From Oscillospiraceae bacterium (GTDB taxonomy: Bacteria; Bacillota; Clostridia; Oscillospirales; CAG-272): a stretch of 27,718 nt of DNA. A model generated the notes under the pieces. It did no database searches, was not told where the DNA came from, and was given only the letters and a program-made list of their open reading frames with translations. The stretch is from the NCBI GenBank assembly GCA_015064885.1, contig SVRJ01000030.1, positions 1 through 27,718 of the forward strand. Reading direction: 5' to 3'. Numbering within the stretch: the first letter of the stretch is position 1; each line of letters opens with the position of its first letter. The translations under genes and the position numbers were made by a program. Of this stretch, positions 18,917 to 26,507 are shown one piece after another.

Positions 18917-19264
18917 TCATCCCTGTAATCCAAACGACACAGCGATAGCATTGTTTATTTCGCTCATAGATTCATCGTCAAGGTGGCCCATCTTTTCCTT
19001 GAGCCGCTGCTTATCTATAGTTCTTACCTGCTCGAGCAAAACGACAGAGTCCTTGGAAAGCCCTACCTTATCCGCATAAAGATCTATATGTGTAGGAAGC
19101 TTGGCTTTTTCCATACGCGAGGTTATTGCTGCCGCTATTACCGTGGGACTGTACTTATTTCCCACGTCATTCTGGATTATCAGAACGGGACGGAGACCTC
19201 CCTGTTCAGATCCCACCACGGGACTGAGATCCGCATAATAAATATCTCCTCTTTTTATGTTCAT
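18917..19264 (-). CDS. ndoA: Type II toxin EndoA/MazF-family mRNA interferase (PemK superfamily)
   Basis: '[58 protein letters not shown]' is near-identical in pattern to B. subtilis EndoA (YdcE). RBS GGAGGAA. Confidence 0.9.
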   Translation of the reverse strand: MNIKRGDIYYADLSPVVGSEQGGLRPVLIIQNDVGNKYSPTVIAAAITSRMEKAKLPTHIDLYADKVGLSKDSVVLLEQVRTIDKQRLKEKMGHLDDESMSEINNAIAVSFGLQG

Positions 19265-19365
19265 CTTTGTTCCTCCGGAAAACTGTATTCCGAAGTTATT
19301 TTTTACAGAGCAAACGCATTTTAAACATTGATAGAAAAAGTTAATAGTTTATTTCAAAAAAAATC

Positions 19366-19398
19366 TTACCAAAACAATATTTAGATGATATAATCTAA
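19366..19398 (+). promoter_or_regulatory. Promoter (TTACCA-17-TGaTATAAT) with the -10 embedded in palindrome TTAGAT-N6-ATCTAA
   Basis: Extended -10 at 19386-19394. Inverted repeat TTAGATgatataATCTAA at 19381-19398, 28 nt upstream of the ATG at 19426. Confidence 0.4.
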
Positions 19399-19425
19399 CT
19401 AAGTAAAAAGCAAAGGGGGATATTC

Positions 19426-20268
19426 ATGCTTATTTCATCAAATTCCGGACTTCACAGCGGACGGGTCGGAAAAGAACGTTATACTATGTTTGAGGCACTT
19501 GACTTTTTCCACGAGGTAGGGTTTGAAGCCTTTGATATAAATTTCTGCGCTACAATATACGGAGTTGGAGACTCCAAAAAGCAGCGTGAATACATTCTTG
19601 ACGGAGACTGGCAAAAAAACGTTTACGATATAGGAAACAAGGCTGCCGCCCTCGGAATAGCAATAAACACATCTCATCTTCCCTTCTTCAAGTACGCAAG
19701 CAAAGAAAGCCTTCCTTTGTACGACTATTATCAGGAAATGGTCTTCCGCTCTATGGAGGCAGACGCTATGCTCGGGGTAAAGTGGACTGTCGTTCATATG
19801 ACACACGACCCACAGAGCACTGCCGATTACGTTCGGGAGCTTTGCGAATATGCGACACCGAAGAAACTCGGCATTGCTATTGAGAATACCACGATCCCGG
19901 TAGAGCCGCTTTGTGAGGCTATAGATATCCTTAAAGGCGAGGGATATCTCGTAGGTGCATGCTATGACACCGGACACGCCAACGTTGCGGGACTTGATCA
20001 GCGAGAGGCTATCACTACCCTCGGAAACAGGCTCAAGATGCTTCACGTACATGACAACTTCGGTAAAGATCAACATCAAGCTCCTTTCTGCGGTCAAATA
20101 GATTGGAATGACGTCATGGAAGGTCTTGCCGCAATAAACTATACGGGAGATTTCAATTACGAAGTAAATCCTGCAAAGATTCCGGAATGTGCAAGAAAAG
20201 ATTATGCACGTTATCTTATTGAAGTTGCGAAGCATCTCTTTACAATATACGACAAAGCCCGTTTGTAA
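19426..20268 (+). CDS. Sugar phosphate isomerase/epimerase (xylose-isomerase-like TIM barrel)
   Basis: 280 aa with 'VVHMTHD', 'IENT', 'CYDTGHANV' and 'LHVHDN' metal-binding pattern of the AP-endonuclease-2/xylose-isomerase-like fold. RBS AAAGGGGGA. Confidence 0.7.
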   Translation: MLISSNSGLHSGRVGKERYTMFEALDFFHEVGFEAFDINFCATIYGVGDSKKQREYILDGDWQKNVYDIGNKAAALGIAINTSHLPFFKYASKESLPLYDYYQEMVFRSMEADAMLGVKWTVVHMTHDPQSTADYVRELCEYATPKKLGIAIENTTIPVEPLCEAIDILKGEGYLVGACYDTGHANVAGLDQREAITTLGNRLKMLHVHDNFGKDQHQAPFCGQIDWNDVMEGLAAINYTGDFNYEVNPAKIPECARKDYARYLIEVAKHLFTIYDKARL

Positions 20269-20273
20269 ACAAT

Positions 20274-20320
20274 AAAAAGCATATCCTACACCTACAGGTT
20301 GGGATATGCTTTTTATTTTG
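20274..20320. terminator. Bidirectional terminator between convergent genes
   Basis: AAAAAGCATATCC / GGATATGCTTTTT stem with a 15-nt loop, flanked by A-run and T-run. Confidence 0.6.
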
Positions 20321-20323
20321 TGA

Positions 20324-21166
20324 TCAGTCGGAAACGGTTACCCATTCACCGGGACATGCTTCGGCCTTCATCACCGCATCGTGTATTCTCATTACCTCGA
20401 GGGATTCCTCGACGTCAAACGACACCGTACCGGAATCGAAGAATCTTACGATATCCTTTGTAAGCTCTACAAAAAAATCCGACTTGATCGATCTGTGCAT
20501 TGCCTTTCCGTCATACCCTTCAGCAGTTACACCATATGGCATTGAAGGAACGTAAAGCAGAGTAGCCGTCTTTCCTCCGTCAGCCTCTATGCGACATACA
20601 CGCTGGCTTCCGCTTATATCGAGTCTGACCTTACGCGCGTGTGAAGCAAGAAGCTTAACCGCGATCTCGGCCTGGTGAACGATATATTCGTGAAAGAGTG
20701 CGACAGTTCCCGCAACGGTCAGGTGTTTAACGTCCGTAAAGTCGCAAAGCTCGGTAGAGTATCTGAGTGAGGAAGAACTGAAAAATGGTGTTCCGTATTT
20801 TTTCGAAAGATCGAATATTTCTTTTGCCTCTTCATATGAAGAAGTAAAGGTCTTATCGATATATACACATTTCCCGAACGGGAAAACACGCCTTGCGTAT
20901 TCAATATGCTTTTCAGAATTATCCGGAGCAAGTATCATAACGGCATCACTTTTTTCACAGACCTCCTCAATGGTGGCACACTTATGAGCAGCGTATTTTT
21001 CACACCATTCGTCTGTGGTAGTACCGTAAACGGGAGAGCTGTCTATCTCAGCCCAAACGTATTCTACCTTATATTTTGCAGATATCTTCTCCAGCCATAT
21101 CGGGTAGTTGTTGGCGTGCCATTCACCGACATAATAATCAATTATACCTATCTTTTTCATATTCAA
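20324..21166 (-). CDS. Divergent Gfo/Idh/MocA-like protein lacking the canonical GxGxxG
   Basis: N-terminus 'KKIGIIDYYVGEWHANNY' sits where the Rossmann motif should be. The central 'CVYIDKTFTSSYEEAKEIFDLSKKYGTPF' resembles the Gfo/Idh/MocA EKP region. 4-nt overlap with the upstream canonical paralog. Confidence 0.4.
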   Translation of the reverse strand: MNMKKIGIIDYYVGEWHANNYPIWLEKISAKYKVEYVWAEIDSSPVYGTTTDEWCEKYAAHKCATIEEVCEKSDAVMILAPDNSEKHIEYARRVFPFGKCVYIDKTFTSSYEEAKEIFDLSKKYGTPFFSSSSLRYSTELCDFTDVKHLTVAGTVALFHEYIVHQAEIAVKLLASHARKVRLDISGSQRVCRIEADGGKTATLLYVPSMPYGVTAEGYDGKAMHRSIKSDFFVELTKDIVRFFDSGTVSFDVEESLEVMRIHDAVMKAEACPGEWVTVSD

Positions 21167-22227
21167 AAGGTAACCTCTGTGCCCTTTTCAGCGGACGCAT
21201 AGAGAGCATCAAGGAGTTTTGCGCTTTCAAGAATATTATCTATATGGCTTCTGTTCTTAACTCCGCTCTGTACAGATTCGATGAACGCACGGCTCTCGCA
21301 GAGGTACATATTAGGAATATCGTATTCCGGATATGTAGTAGTGAGAGTTTCACCGTCAAAGAATTCAAACTTCTTTCCGTAGATAAGTCTTGCTCCTCCC
21401 TTGTCTCCAAGGAAATCTATAAACATTTCGTCTCTTCCGACGTTCTGCGCCCAAGCGCCGTTAAAGGAGATTCCTGCCTTATCGGTACGGATATATCCCG
21501 AAACAAACTCTTCAACGTCGTTAACTCCGTTAACAGTATCTGAGGTATCCTCCGCCCACATCGATTTATATTTGTAGCTTTGCATATCCTTCGCAAGCTC
21601 TGAATAAGTGTCACAGGTAAGTGTTTTGATCTGTGCACTTCCAAGTATATAGAGAATAAGATCAAAGAAATGGATTCCCCAATCTATGAGCACGCCGCCA
21701 CCGGAAAGCTCCTTGGTAGTAAAGGATCCGCCGAGTCCGGGTATTGAGCGGTGACTTCTGAACGAGCAGTAAACATGATAAAGCTTACCGAACTTTCCTT
21801 CTCTGTTCATCTCCTCAAGCATTTCAACGCTCTTATGGTATCTGTTACATACGCCTATATTGAGAATCTTTCCGGATTCCTCAGCCTGCTTTGCCATCTC
21901 GCATGAAAGCTCATAGTTTACTGTTATAGGCTTCTCGCAGAAAACGTGCTTGCCTGCTTTAAGTGCATCCATAGTAATGGTATAGTGCGAATAATTGGGG
22001 GTTATAACGTATACAGCTTCAACCTCGGGATCTGCAAGAGCGACCTTATAATCCTCTATAGCATATTTTATATTCGGATATTTTTCTTTTATCGCCTGAG
22101 CCTTTTCGGGAATAATATCGCATACGTACTTTATATCGATAATATCATCCATCTGTGCAAATGCGGGAAAATGAGCATGGCCTGCTATTCTTCCGCAGCC
22201 TATTACGGCTATAACGGTTTTTTTCAT
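21163..22227 (-). CDS. Gfo/Idh/MocA family NAD(P)-dependent oxidoreductase
   Basis: 'IAVIGCGRIAGHAH', 'FCEKPITVN', 354 aa. RBS AAAGGA. Confidence 0.85.
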   Translation of the reverse strand: MKKTVIAVIGCGRIAGHAHFPAFAQMDDIIDIKYVCDIIPEKAQAIKEKYPNIKYAIEDYKVALADPEVEAVYVITPNYSHYTITMDALKAGKHVFCEKPITVNYELSCEMAKQAEESGKILNIGVCNRYHKSVEMLEEMNREGKFGKLYHVYCSFRSHRSIPGLGGSFTTKELSGGGVLIDWGIHFFDLILYILGSAQIKTLTCDTYSELAKDMQSYKYKSMWAEDTSDTVNGVNDVEEFVSGYIRTDKAGISFNGAWAQNVGRDEMFIDFLGDKGGARLIYGKKFEFFDGETLTTTYPEYDIPNMYLCESRAFIESVQSGVKNRSHIDNILESAKLLDALYASAEKGTEVTF

Positions 22228-22258
22228 AACTTTTATCCTTTCAATATACGTTAATTGA

Positions 22259-22309
22259 TCGAGACATTTATCTCGACGATATTATAACATAAAATCATTC
22301 TAAAGTCAA
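22259..22309 (-). promoter_or_regulatory. Sigma-A promoter TTGACT-17-TGtTATAAT with palindromic operator TCGAGA-N6-TCTCGA over the transcription start
   Basis: -35 at 22304-22309 and -10 at 22281-22286. The perfect inverted repeat at 22259-22276 covers about +1 to +16, 30 nt before the ATG at 22227. Confidence 0.5.
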
Positions 22310-22320
22310 GTAAAAAACAA

Positions 22321-22342
22321 CAAAAAAACAAGGAAGCCGAAG
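22321..22342 (-). terminator. Terminator of secreted protein A gene
   Basis: CAAGGAAGC-cgaa-GCTTCCTTG followed on the minus strand by UUUUUUUGUUGUUUUUU. Confidence 0.75.
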
Positions 22343-22370
22343 CTTCCTTGTTCTATATTTTAATTGATTA

Positions 22371-23423
22371 TCAGTGCTTTCTCTTAGCTGCAACGAAAGC
22401 TGCGCCTGCAAATGCAATGATAACTGCCGCACCGCTTACGATAGAGCCGCAACCTGCTTCGTTCTTGGGAGCTGCTGTTGTAACAGCGGGAGCCTTTGTT
22501 GTTGTAGAGGGAGCGTTAGTAGCTGTGGGAGCCTTTGTTGTTGTAGCGGGAGCCTTTGTTGTTTCCTTGGGAGTTGTGGGAGCTGCTGTTGTCTCCTCGG
22601 GAGCTTCAGGATACTTATATGCCTTGAGAGCTGTTTCGTCAAGGTACTTCTGATAGTAGAAGCCTGCGTAGTTAAGACGAGGACCGTTGCCTGTATTCAT
22701 TATGCCGTCTGCACTGTTGTACTCGAGGTGGTAGTACTCGAATGTGTGCTCACCTGCTGTAAGGTCAGCTGTGATGTTGTATACACAACCCATCTGATAG
22801 AATTCATATGTCTTGTTAGCAACTGCCTTCTGAGCATCTTCTACAGAGTATACGTAGTTATAACCCTGAAGGAATACAAGCGGAGAATTGGAGATGTTTA
22901 CCTGATACTTCTGACCACCGTCGATTGAGTAAGAGAATCCTCTTTCCTTTTCGGGCTTGCCAACGTTTTCAGCCTTGATCTCTGCACAACCGATAACTAC
23001 GAATTCGTACTTACCCGCTTCGGGAACTGTGAACTTATAAACGGCCTTAGCTGTGGAACCGTCTTCAGCATTGTTCTGCCAGATAGCAGGATACATAAAT
23101 ACGCCTTCATCGATGAAGTGAACGTCAAACTGGATCTGATCCTTGTAGAGTTTCTTATCAAACTTCTGGACCTCGATAGTACGTGTGCCGGAGCCGGGAG
23201 CCTTACCTACGGAAGCAGTAAGATCATACTCGGAAGCATACACGAACTTTGCATCGTCACGGATAATGGGAGTACCGTTCACATACATATCAACAACAGT
23301 CGAGAACTTAACGTTTGCTGTTATATCAATAGCTGTGCATCCCTCCGGAATTGCAGATGTTGATATGGACAGAGCCGAGAACAACATTGCGATCGTAAGA
23401 ATTAAAACAAGTGCCTTTTTCAT
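22371..23423 (-). CDS. Secreted protein A: signal peptide, unknown ~270-aa domain, Thr/Pro/Ala-rich linker, C-terminal 'GCGS'-TM-KRKH anchor
   Basis: Start ATG at 23423 with AGGAGG 8 nt upstream. The track ORF start at 23495 has no RBS. Signal 'MKKALVLILTIAMLFSALSISTSA'. Linker 'TTAAPTTPKETTKAPATTTKAPTATNAPSTTTKAPAVTTAAP'. Tail 'AGCGSIVSGAAVIIAFAGAAFVAAKRKH'. Confidence 0.7.
   Translation of the reverse strand: MKKALVLILTIAMLFSALSISTSAIPEGCTAIDITANVKFSTVVDMYVNGTPIIRDDAKFVYASEYDLTASVGKAPGSGTRTIEVQKFDKKLYKDQIQFDVHFIDEGVFMYPAIWQNNAEDGSTAKAVYKFTVPEAGKYEFVVIGCAEIKAENVGKPEKERGFSYSIDGGQKYQVNISNSPLVFLQGYNYVYSVEDAQKAVANKTYEFYQMGCVYNITADLTAGEHTFEYYHLEYNSADGIMNTGNGPRLNYAGFYYQKYLDETALKAYKYPEAPEETTAAPTTPKETTKAPATTTKAPTATNAPSTTTKAPAVTTAAPKNEAGCGSIVSGAAVIIAFAGAAFVAAKRKH
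22440..22620. repeat. Imperfect tandem ~21-nt repeats (GGGAGCCTTTGTTGTTGTAG-like) encoding the TTKAP linker
   Basis: At least four consecutive near-identical units are visible in the DNA. Confidence 0.6.
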
Positions 23424-23604
23424 TGAAATTTCCTCCTGAAAAATATTAAACTGTGTTCTTACACGCACAGTTATTATGCTATTATTATAGCACACTTCTA
23501 TATTTTTGTCAACCGATTTACAAGCAAAAAAAATTAAATTCTACTTATTATACATATTTTAATAGTAATTTTTGTGCACTTTCACAACAAAAATCGTCTA
23601 AAAA

Positions 23605-23626
23605 GCAGCCCTCCTTTAAGAGGGCT
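23605..23626 (-). terminator. Weak-to-moderate terminator after the flotillin gene
   Basis: 7-bp stem AGCCCTC/GAGGGCT with a 6-nt loop. On the minus strand it is followed by UUUUUAGACGAUUUUUG. Confidence 0.45.
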
Positions 23627-23633
23627 ACAAATA

Positions 23634-25022
23634 TTACTCGTTTTCGGAAGCTGCGGGAGCTTCTTCAACCTTTTTTCCGAGCATTTCGGGAAGCTGCATA
23701 CCTGCAAGCGCGAATACCTCTTCAAGAGGGGGAACAGACTTCATCATGCCGGAGAGGAATCCTGCCGTAGCATTCTTTCCATCCGAATTCTGACCGTTAT
23801 CCCAAACGGTTACCTTGTCTATCTTTATGTTCTTGATAGCATCGACCTGAACACGCATGAGGTCCTCGAGCTTATCTGCGATAAGAAGCTTGAGGGCTGC
23901 TTCCGCATCGCCGCCGGCAGACTTAACGATCTCTGCAAAACCTGCCGCCTGCTTTTTAAGTATCTCTTCCATACCGCGAGCTTCAGCTGCCATCTTTGCG
24001 TAGATAGCGTCAGCTTCACCCTGCGCCTTGCGGCGTATCTGCTCAGCCTCAGCCTCTGCCTCGAGCTCCATCTTTCTCTTCTTAGCTTCTGTCTGAACGA
24101 TAATATCAGCCTCGAGAGTTGCCTGCTCACGCGCACGGCGTGCTTCTTCAGCGGCCTGCTCGGCAGCGTAGGATTCCTCAAGGGCTTTAGCTGCCTGGAT
24201 CTTTTCAGCGGTGGTAGCTATCTTCTGCGCTTCAGCCTCTTTTTCCTTAAGAGCCGCTTCGGACATAGCTATCTTCATCTTTGCTTCGTTTTCACCCTGA
24301 ATAGCTACAGAGTCAGCCTGAGAAACCTTAATACGCTGATCCATATGCGCGTTTGCTTCACCGATAGAACCGTCTCTTTCCTGCTCAGCAACGCTCTTCT
24401 TAGCGTCGTTGATAGCCTTAGCCGCAGCTTCCTTACCGAGAGCTGCAATATATCCGGATTCATCGCTGATATCGGTTACGTTAACGTTGATAAGGCGAAG
24501 ACCGATCTTTTTAAGCTCTGTTTCAACGTTGCTACTTACGGCTGCGAGGAACTTATCGCGGTCTGTATTGATCTCCTCAATGTCCATGGTTGCGATAATA
24601 AGACGGAGCTGACCGAAGATGATATCCTTTGAGAGCTCCTGGATCTCGGAAAGCTGAAGGCCGAGAAGACGCTCTGCCGCATTCTGCATTACGCCGGGCT
24701 CGGTAGAAATACCAACAGTAAAACGAGAAGGAACGTCGATACGGATATTCTGTCTTGAAAGAGCGTTTTTAAGGTCCACCTGGATCGATATGGGAGTAAG
24801 GTCAAGGAAAGCGTATGACTGGAAAACGGGAACTACAAATTCCGCGCCGCCGTGAATACACTTGGCGCTTCTGTTTGTACCGTCCTTATTCTTACCGATA
24901 GAACCGTACACGACCATGATCTTATCTGAGGGGCACTTTTTATATCTTGAGCACGCCCAGATAATAAACGACATAACCACCAGAACGATGGCACACACGA
25001 GAATAACAGTTTCAGATCCCAT
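23634..25022 (-). CDS. floT: Flotillin-like SPFH/band-7 protein (FloT/YuaG-like)
   Basis: N-terminal TM, SPFH domain, long Ala/Glu-rich coiled coil ('AEQAAEEARRAREQATLEADI..EAEAEAEQIRRKAQGEADAIYAKMAAEA') and flotillin C-terminus, 462 aa. Confidence 0.88.
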   Translation of the reverse strand: MGSETVILVCAIVLVVMSFIIWACSRYKKCPSDKIMVVYGSIGKNKDGTNRSAKCIHGGAEFVVPVFQSYAFLDLTPISIQVDLKNALSRQNIRIDVPSRFTVGISTEPGVMQNAAERLLGLQLSEIQELSKDIIFGQLRLIIATMDIEEINTDRDKFLAAVSSNVETELKKIGLRLINVNVTDISDESGYIAALGKEAAAKAINDAKKSVAEQERDGSIGEANAHMDQRIKVSQADSVAIQGENEAKMKIAMSEAALKEKEAEAQKIATTAEKIQAAKALEESYAAEQAAEEARRAREQATLEADIIVQTEAKKRKMELEAEAEAEQIRRKAQGEADAIYAKMAAEARGMEEILKKQAAGFAEIVKSAGGDAEAALKLLIADKLEDLMRVQVDAIKNIKIDKVTVWDNGQNSDGKNATAGFLSGMMKSVPPLEEVFALAGMQLPEMLGKKVEEAPAASENE

Positions 25023-25062
25023 AATAATACCTCCGATATAAATTTTGTTTCTGAATTGTTTT

Positions 25063-25668
25063 TTACTTGCGCTTGACTACAAGCGTTGTCTGTCCGCTGA
25101 GGCCGATAACAACGATCTCACAACCTGTAGGTATAGGCTCTCCCTCATCGGTCACCGCATCACGCTCAACATAGGTACCCTGAAGCAGAACGTTGACCTT
25201 TCCCTCCCCCGTACGAGCGGGAGGAACTGTAAGATATACCCTACCCGAAACACCGAGAGCGTTTCGGTTATCAAGATTGCCGTCGTTGCGAAGGCGCATA
25301 ACAGTGCGCATAAGCAAAGCCAGCACAAGCATCATTAAGAATCCGCATACAGCGGCTACGGGAATAGTTATGAGAAGCATAATTCCCGCGCGGTCCATGA
25401 CAAATCCGACCCATCCGAATACTACAAGAAACGCTATAATACCTCTGATCGAGAATATACGCAAAGCATCCATTCCGTCAAGGTCAACGTCAAATTCGGG
25501 ACCGTCGGCGTCTATAGACTCTCCAACTGAAATATCTCCTCCGTCGGCTTCAAGTCCTATTCCCACAAGCATGAGCACCGTCTGTACAAGCAAGACGACC
25601 GTTGCGGGAATTGCAACACATGCAAATATTTGAGACACGAGGCTCAGAGAATCCCACCAAGCAAACAT
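25063..25668 (-). CDS. NfeD-family membrane protein (YuaF-like flotillin partner)
   Basis: Polytopic N-terminus plus a C-terminal OB-fold-like beta domain ('GRVYLTVP..GKVNVLLQGTYVER..GCEIVVIGLSGQTTLVVKR'). GGAGA lies 6 nt before the ATG at 25668. Directly upstream of floT, as in the yuaF-floT arrangement. Confidence 0.7.
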   Translation of the reverse strand: MFAWWDSLSLVSQIFACVAIPATVVLLVQTVLMLVGIGLEADGGDISVGESIDADGPEFDVDLDGMDALRIFSIRGIIAFLVVFGWVGFVMDRAGIMLLITIPVAAVCGFLMMLVLALLMRTVMRLRNDGNLDNRNALGVSGRVYLTVPPARTGEGKVNVLLQGTYVERDAVTDEGEPIPTGCEIVVIGLSGQTTLVVKRK

Positions 25669-25769
25669 AATAATCTCCATTCTGCCGCATTTGCGGCTGC
25701 TTAAAATTTAAAATGATTAAACCAATACGTTACTTTTGTAACAGTAGATAATATGCGGTAGCGTGCAAA

Positions 25770-26324
25770 TTAATTTAATGACGAAAGAATTTCCTCGGCT
25801 GCACTTCTGGATATGCTCGCATAATGAGCGTATGCCATTACCTGAAGGATCTTGACAAGTCTCTGGCGCGCACCCGGTATCGGCTCTACGTAGTTAGCCG
25901 CTACCTGTTCCGCTGCCGTTCTGACAGATTCTCTGTTTGTAACTATACCTCCGGTATGAGAGATAAGCTCAACGTACTTGTGATACAGCTCACTGTCACT
26001 GATAAGGTCGTCGCTCTCATCGTGGAGCCTGCCGTTGATATACGACAGAAGTCCGCATATGCGATCGAGTTGAATAGACTCACGAAGCATATTAATGATA
26101 ACTATACGTGCAAACTGATCGGCACTGTACTGTCTTTTCACCGGCGGTGAAACAAATTCTCTCTTCACCCAGTTCTGTATCATGTAAGGTTCAAGTCCCG
26201 TCATTACCGAAACCTGTGAAAGAGTTATTCCTCCCGCGGCAAAAATGCCTTCAAACAACATCCGCGAGGTATTCTCGGTTATCCCGGAAACTTCTATTGT
26301 CGTACCCGGTAATGTCTTCAGCAT
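25770..26324 (-). CDS. MerR-like HTH protein, possibly DUF1836/YkrK-like regulator
   Basis: 'ITLSQVSVMTGLEPYMIQNWVKREFV' has the MerR-type HTH pattern, 184 aa. Resemblance to the B. subtilis YkrK (htpX repressor) family is from memory and not verified. Confidence 0.45.
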   Translation of the reverse strand: MLKTLPGTTIEVSGITENTSRMLFEGIFAAGGITLSQVSVMTGLEPYMIQNWVKREFVSPPVKRQYSADQFARIVIINMLRESIQLDRICGLLSYINGRLHDESDDLISDSELYHKYVELISHTGGIVTNRESVRTAAEQVAANYVEPIPGARQRLVKILQVMAYAHYASISRSAAEEILSSLN

Positions 26325-26350
26325 TTCACCACCTCCATTTCTGTACTATA

Positions 26351-26379
26351 ATTATACCACACAATCACGTGATTGTAAA
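26351..26379 (-). promoter_or_regulatory. Promoter TTTACA-17-TGgTATAAT with a perfect 16-bp palindrome ACAATCACGTGATTGT (26361-26376) covering the -35/spacer
   Basis: Read directly from the sequence. An additional half-site ATCACG lies at 26390-26396. Confidence 0.6.
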
Positions 26380-26440
26380 TAGGGTGTGCGTGATTTTTAT
26401 ATTTTTTTAACCTTTTGTTTATAATTCAGAAACCTTTATC

Positions 26441-26484
26441 AAAAAATCACCCCCGAAAAGGAGTATAAAGCCTCTTTTCGGGGG
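26441..26484 (-). terminator. Terminator of secreted protein B gene
   Basis: 11-bp stem CCCCCGAAAAG/CTTTTCGGGGG with a 13-nt loop. On the minus strand it is followed by UGAUUUUUUGAU. Confidence 0.75.
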
Positions 26485-26507
26485 ATGTATTTATAGTTTT
26501 AATAGCT

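Noticed and set aside
19438-20235. 265-aa minus-strand ORF opposite the sugar-phosphate isomerase. It could in principle hide an antitoxin for ndoA.
   Set aside because: It is completely antisense to a well-supported plus-strand CDS, the translation is nonsense-like, and it starts about 170 nt away from ndoA with no RBS.
22348-22928. Cys-rich and Ala/Val-rich plus-strand ORFs opposite the Thr-linker of protein A
   Set aside because: Reverse complement of the ACN/GCN-rich linker codons. This is an artefact of the repeat.
23574-24632. 352-aa plus-strand ORF (also 23825-24181 minus, 24409-24612 plus) overlapping the flotillin gene
   Set aside because: Alternative frames of the Ala/Glu-rich flotillin coiled-coil region, which naturally lack stops. 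There is no independent support.
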